Below are positions 63,047 to 64,000 of a DNA stretch of 64,000 bases, piece after piece. Below the pieces are notes generated by a model, which ran no database searches, was not told the DNA's origin, and worked only from the letters and a program-made list of their open reading frames with translations. The DNA is from Candidatus Omnitrophota bacterium (GTDB lineage Bacteria > Omnitrophota > Gorgyraeia > Zapsychrales > Zapsychraceae), in NCBI GenBank assembly GCA_003528115.1, contig DOGZ01000014.1:166081-230080 (forward strand). The letters are read 5' to 3'. How positions within the stretch are numbered: position 1 is the first letter of the stretch; each line of letters starts with the position of its first letter. Both the position numbers and the translations under genes were made by a program.

Positions 63047-64000
63047 CTAAGGAGCGGTAATTTCTCTTAAGGCGGCCTTCTTCTTTGTGTCTTGAACAAA
63101 CTCAGCAAAGACCTTTTCTTTTCGTTCACCCGTTATCTGCTCGGCGAATTCTTTTTGTTGTTCGTGGAAGGTTTTGTCTGTGATCGGGCGCAGGGTGTCA
63201 AGGTGTAAGAGGATGTGTCCTTTAGAAGTCGCGACAGGCGCGCTGACTTTATTTTCATCATTCAGGACAGACACGCTTTCTTTCGACGCCGGTTCCACTT
63301 CAAGCAGAGATAAAATTTGTTCTTGAGCCAGAAGAGGTGTTTGCTGGGTCTTTAAGCCTAATCCCTGTGTGATTTGCTGAAAATCCTTGGGTCCTTCAAC
63401 TGCGTTCCATGCTTGTTGAATGTTCTTTAAGTAGCCTTCGGCTTGTTTGAGGGTAATGTCCTTGGCTTTGCGAAAAGTCAAGGTGTCTTTGACGTCGGCC
63501 AACAGCTCAGGGAAATCCGGAATATAGGCGGCTTTTTTATCTTTGACTTGATAAACGATATATCCATCGGTCAGTTCGACAGGTTCTTGGATGTCATTTT
63601 TTTTCATTTTAAACGCTTTCAAAAGGTCTTCAAAATTAAGACCGATGTCAAATTTGGGTTTGTCCTTGCCGAAGTATCCTGATTCCTTGACGGGAAATCC
63701 ATATTTCTGTCCAAGGACATTGAGATCGGGATTCTCGGAGAATTCTTTGTAAATGGCCTTGGCCTTATATTTTGTTTCCACTTTCTTCTGGACCCCGGCG
63801 TCTGGGAGATAGGTCAGTTTAATATATTCGAGATTGATGGAAGGGGGCTTGAGAAAAGCTTCCCTGTTTTCCTCATAATAAGTTTTGGCTTCTTCCTCGG
63901 TCACGGAGACATCTTTTTTGTAATCATCGGCGGAGAGGAGGAGATAACTGAATTGGATTTCTCTGCGACGGTTTTTGAACTCTTCGGCCAGTTGTTGCTC
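63047..64000 (-). CDS. PpiD/SurA-family periplasmic chaperone with degenerate parvulin-like domain, partial (N-terminus beyond window end)
   Basis: The family motif TEEEAKTYYEENREAFLKPPSINLEYIKL is present, followed by a parvulin-like stretch …GYFGKD…ELTDGYIVYQVKD. The reading frame stays open to nt 64000. Confidence 0.5.
   Translation of the reverse strand, partial: EQQLAEEFKNRRREIQFSYLLLSADDYKKDVSVTEEEAKTYYEENREAFLKPPSINLEYIKLTYLPDAGVQKKVETKYKAKAIYKEFSENPDLNVLGQKYGFPVKESGYFGKDKPKFDIGLNFEDLLKAFKMKKNDIQEPVELTDGYIVYQVKDKKAAYIPDFPELLADVKDTLTFRKAKDITLKQAEGYLKNIQQAWNAVEGPKDFQQITQGLGLKTQQTPLLAQEQILSLLEVEPASKESVSVLNDENKVSAPVATSKGHILLHLDTLRPITDKTFHEQQKEFAEQITGERKEKVFAEFVQDTKKKAALREITAP

Noticed and set aside
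1-64000. tRNA, rRNA, CRISPR arrays and transposase/integrase genes.
   Set aside because: I scanned all intergenic gaps >60 nt for cloverleaf hallmarks (GTTCRANYC T-loop) and for short regularly spaced direct repeats. None were found. No ORF shows transposase (DDE) or integrase motifs. The only mobile-element-like signal is the 20-bp terminal inverted repeat at 41219-41445, reported separately.

Overview
This 64 kb window is almost certainly bacterial and diderm: it encodes secretins, an outer-membrane beta-barrel and lipoproteins. It is probably from an uncultured lineage. Every gene except the last is on the plus strand, and many neighbours are translationally coupled. The content, in order, is as follows.

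(1) 1-4.4 kb: a phosphate-regulon module. It holds a 5'-truncated phoB, a PhoR-like kinase, a small SD-driven ORF preceded by Pho-box-like TTTCACA direct repeats, and pstB-phoU. No pstSCA is present.

(2) 4.6-15.5 kb: a type IV pilus-like machine. It has a PilB-type ATPase, a PilC platform, a pilin, a PilM-PilN fusion, PilO, a PilP lipoprotein, a secretin and three minor or atypical pilins. One of those pilins carries a beta-sandwich domain and a tandem Cys-rich tail. The block ends at a clear intrinsic terminator.

(3) 15.7-27.2 kb: a full type II secretion-like operon in the order gspE-F-G-H-I-J-K-L-M-C-D.

(4) 27.2-33 kb: a signalling block. It has a stand-alone membrane-anchored DUF3365 (CxxCH heme-c) sensor module, a Cache-HAMP-PAS-PAS histidine kinase, an unusual receiver-YvcK fusion and an overlapping SpoU methyltransferase.

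(5) 33-40 kb: an OMP, a CheY, a dehydrogenase, a GldA/F/G-like ABC system and a TPR-bearing GT-C-like membrane protein.

(6) 40.3-62.2 kb: the most unusual part, a co-directional cluster tightly packed with radical SAM genes. It has seven radical SAM enzymes: three SPASM-type and four B12-binding class B. These are interleaved with a split transketolase, two SDRs, a GT2, an NDP-sugar epimerase-like protein and a 969-aa polytopic membrane protein. The cluster is capped by a YfhO-like membrane protein and a second TPR/GT-C-like membrane protein. It is preceded by a 227-nt leader bounded by a perfect 20-bp inverted repeat. I read this as an undescribed envelope glycan or lipid tailoring and periplasmic glycosylation system. 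It may act on the adjacent pilins.

(7) A Mut7-C/DUF82 protein and a partial PpiD/SurA-like chaperone on the minus strand close the window.

I recognised no rRNA, tRNA, CRISPR array or transposase.
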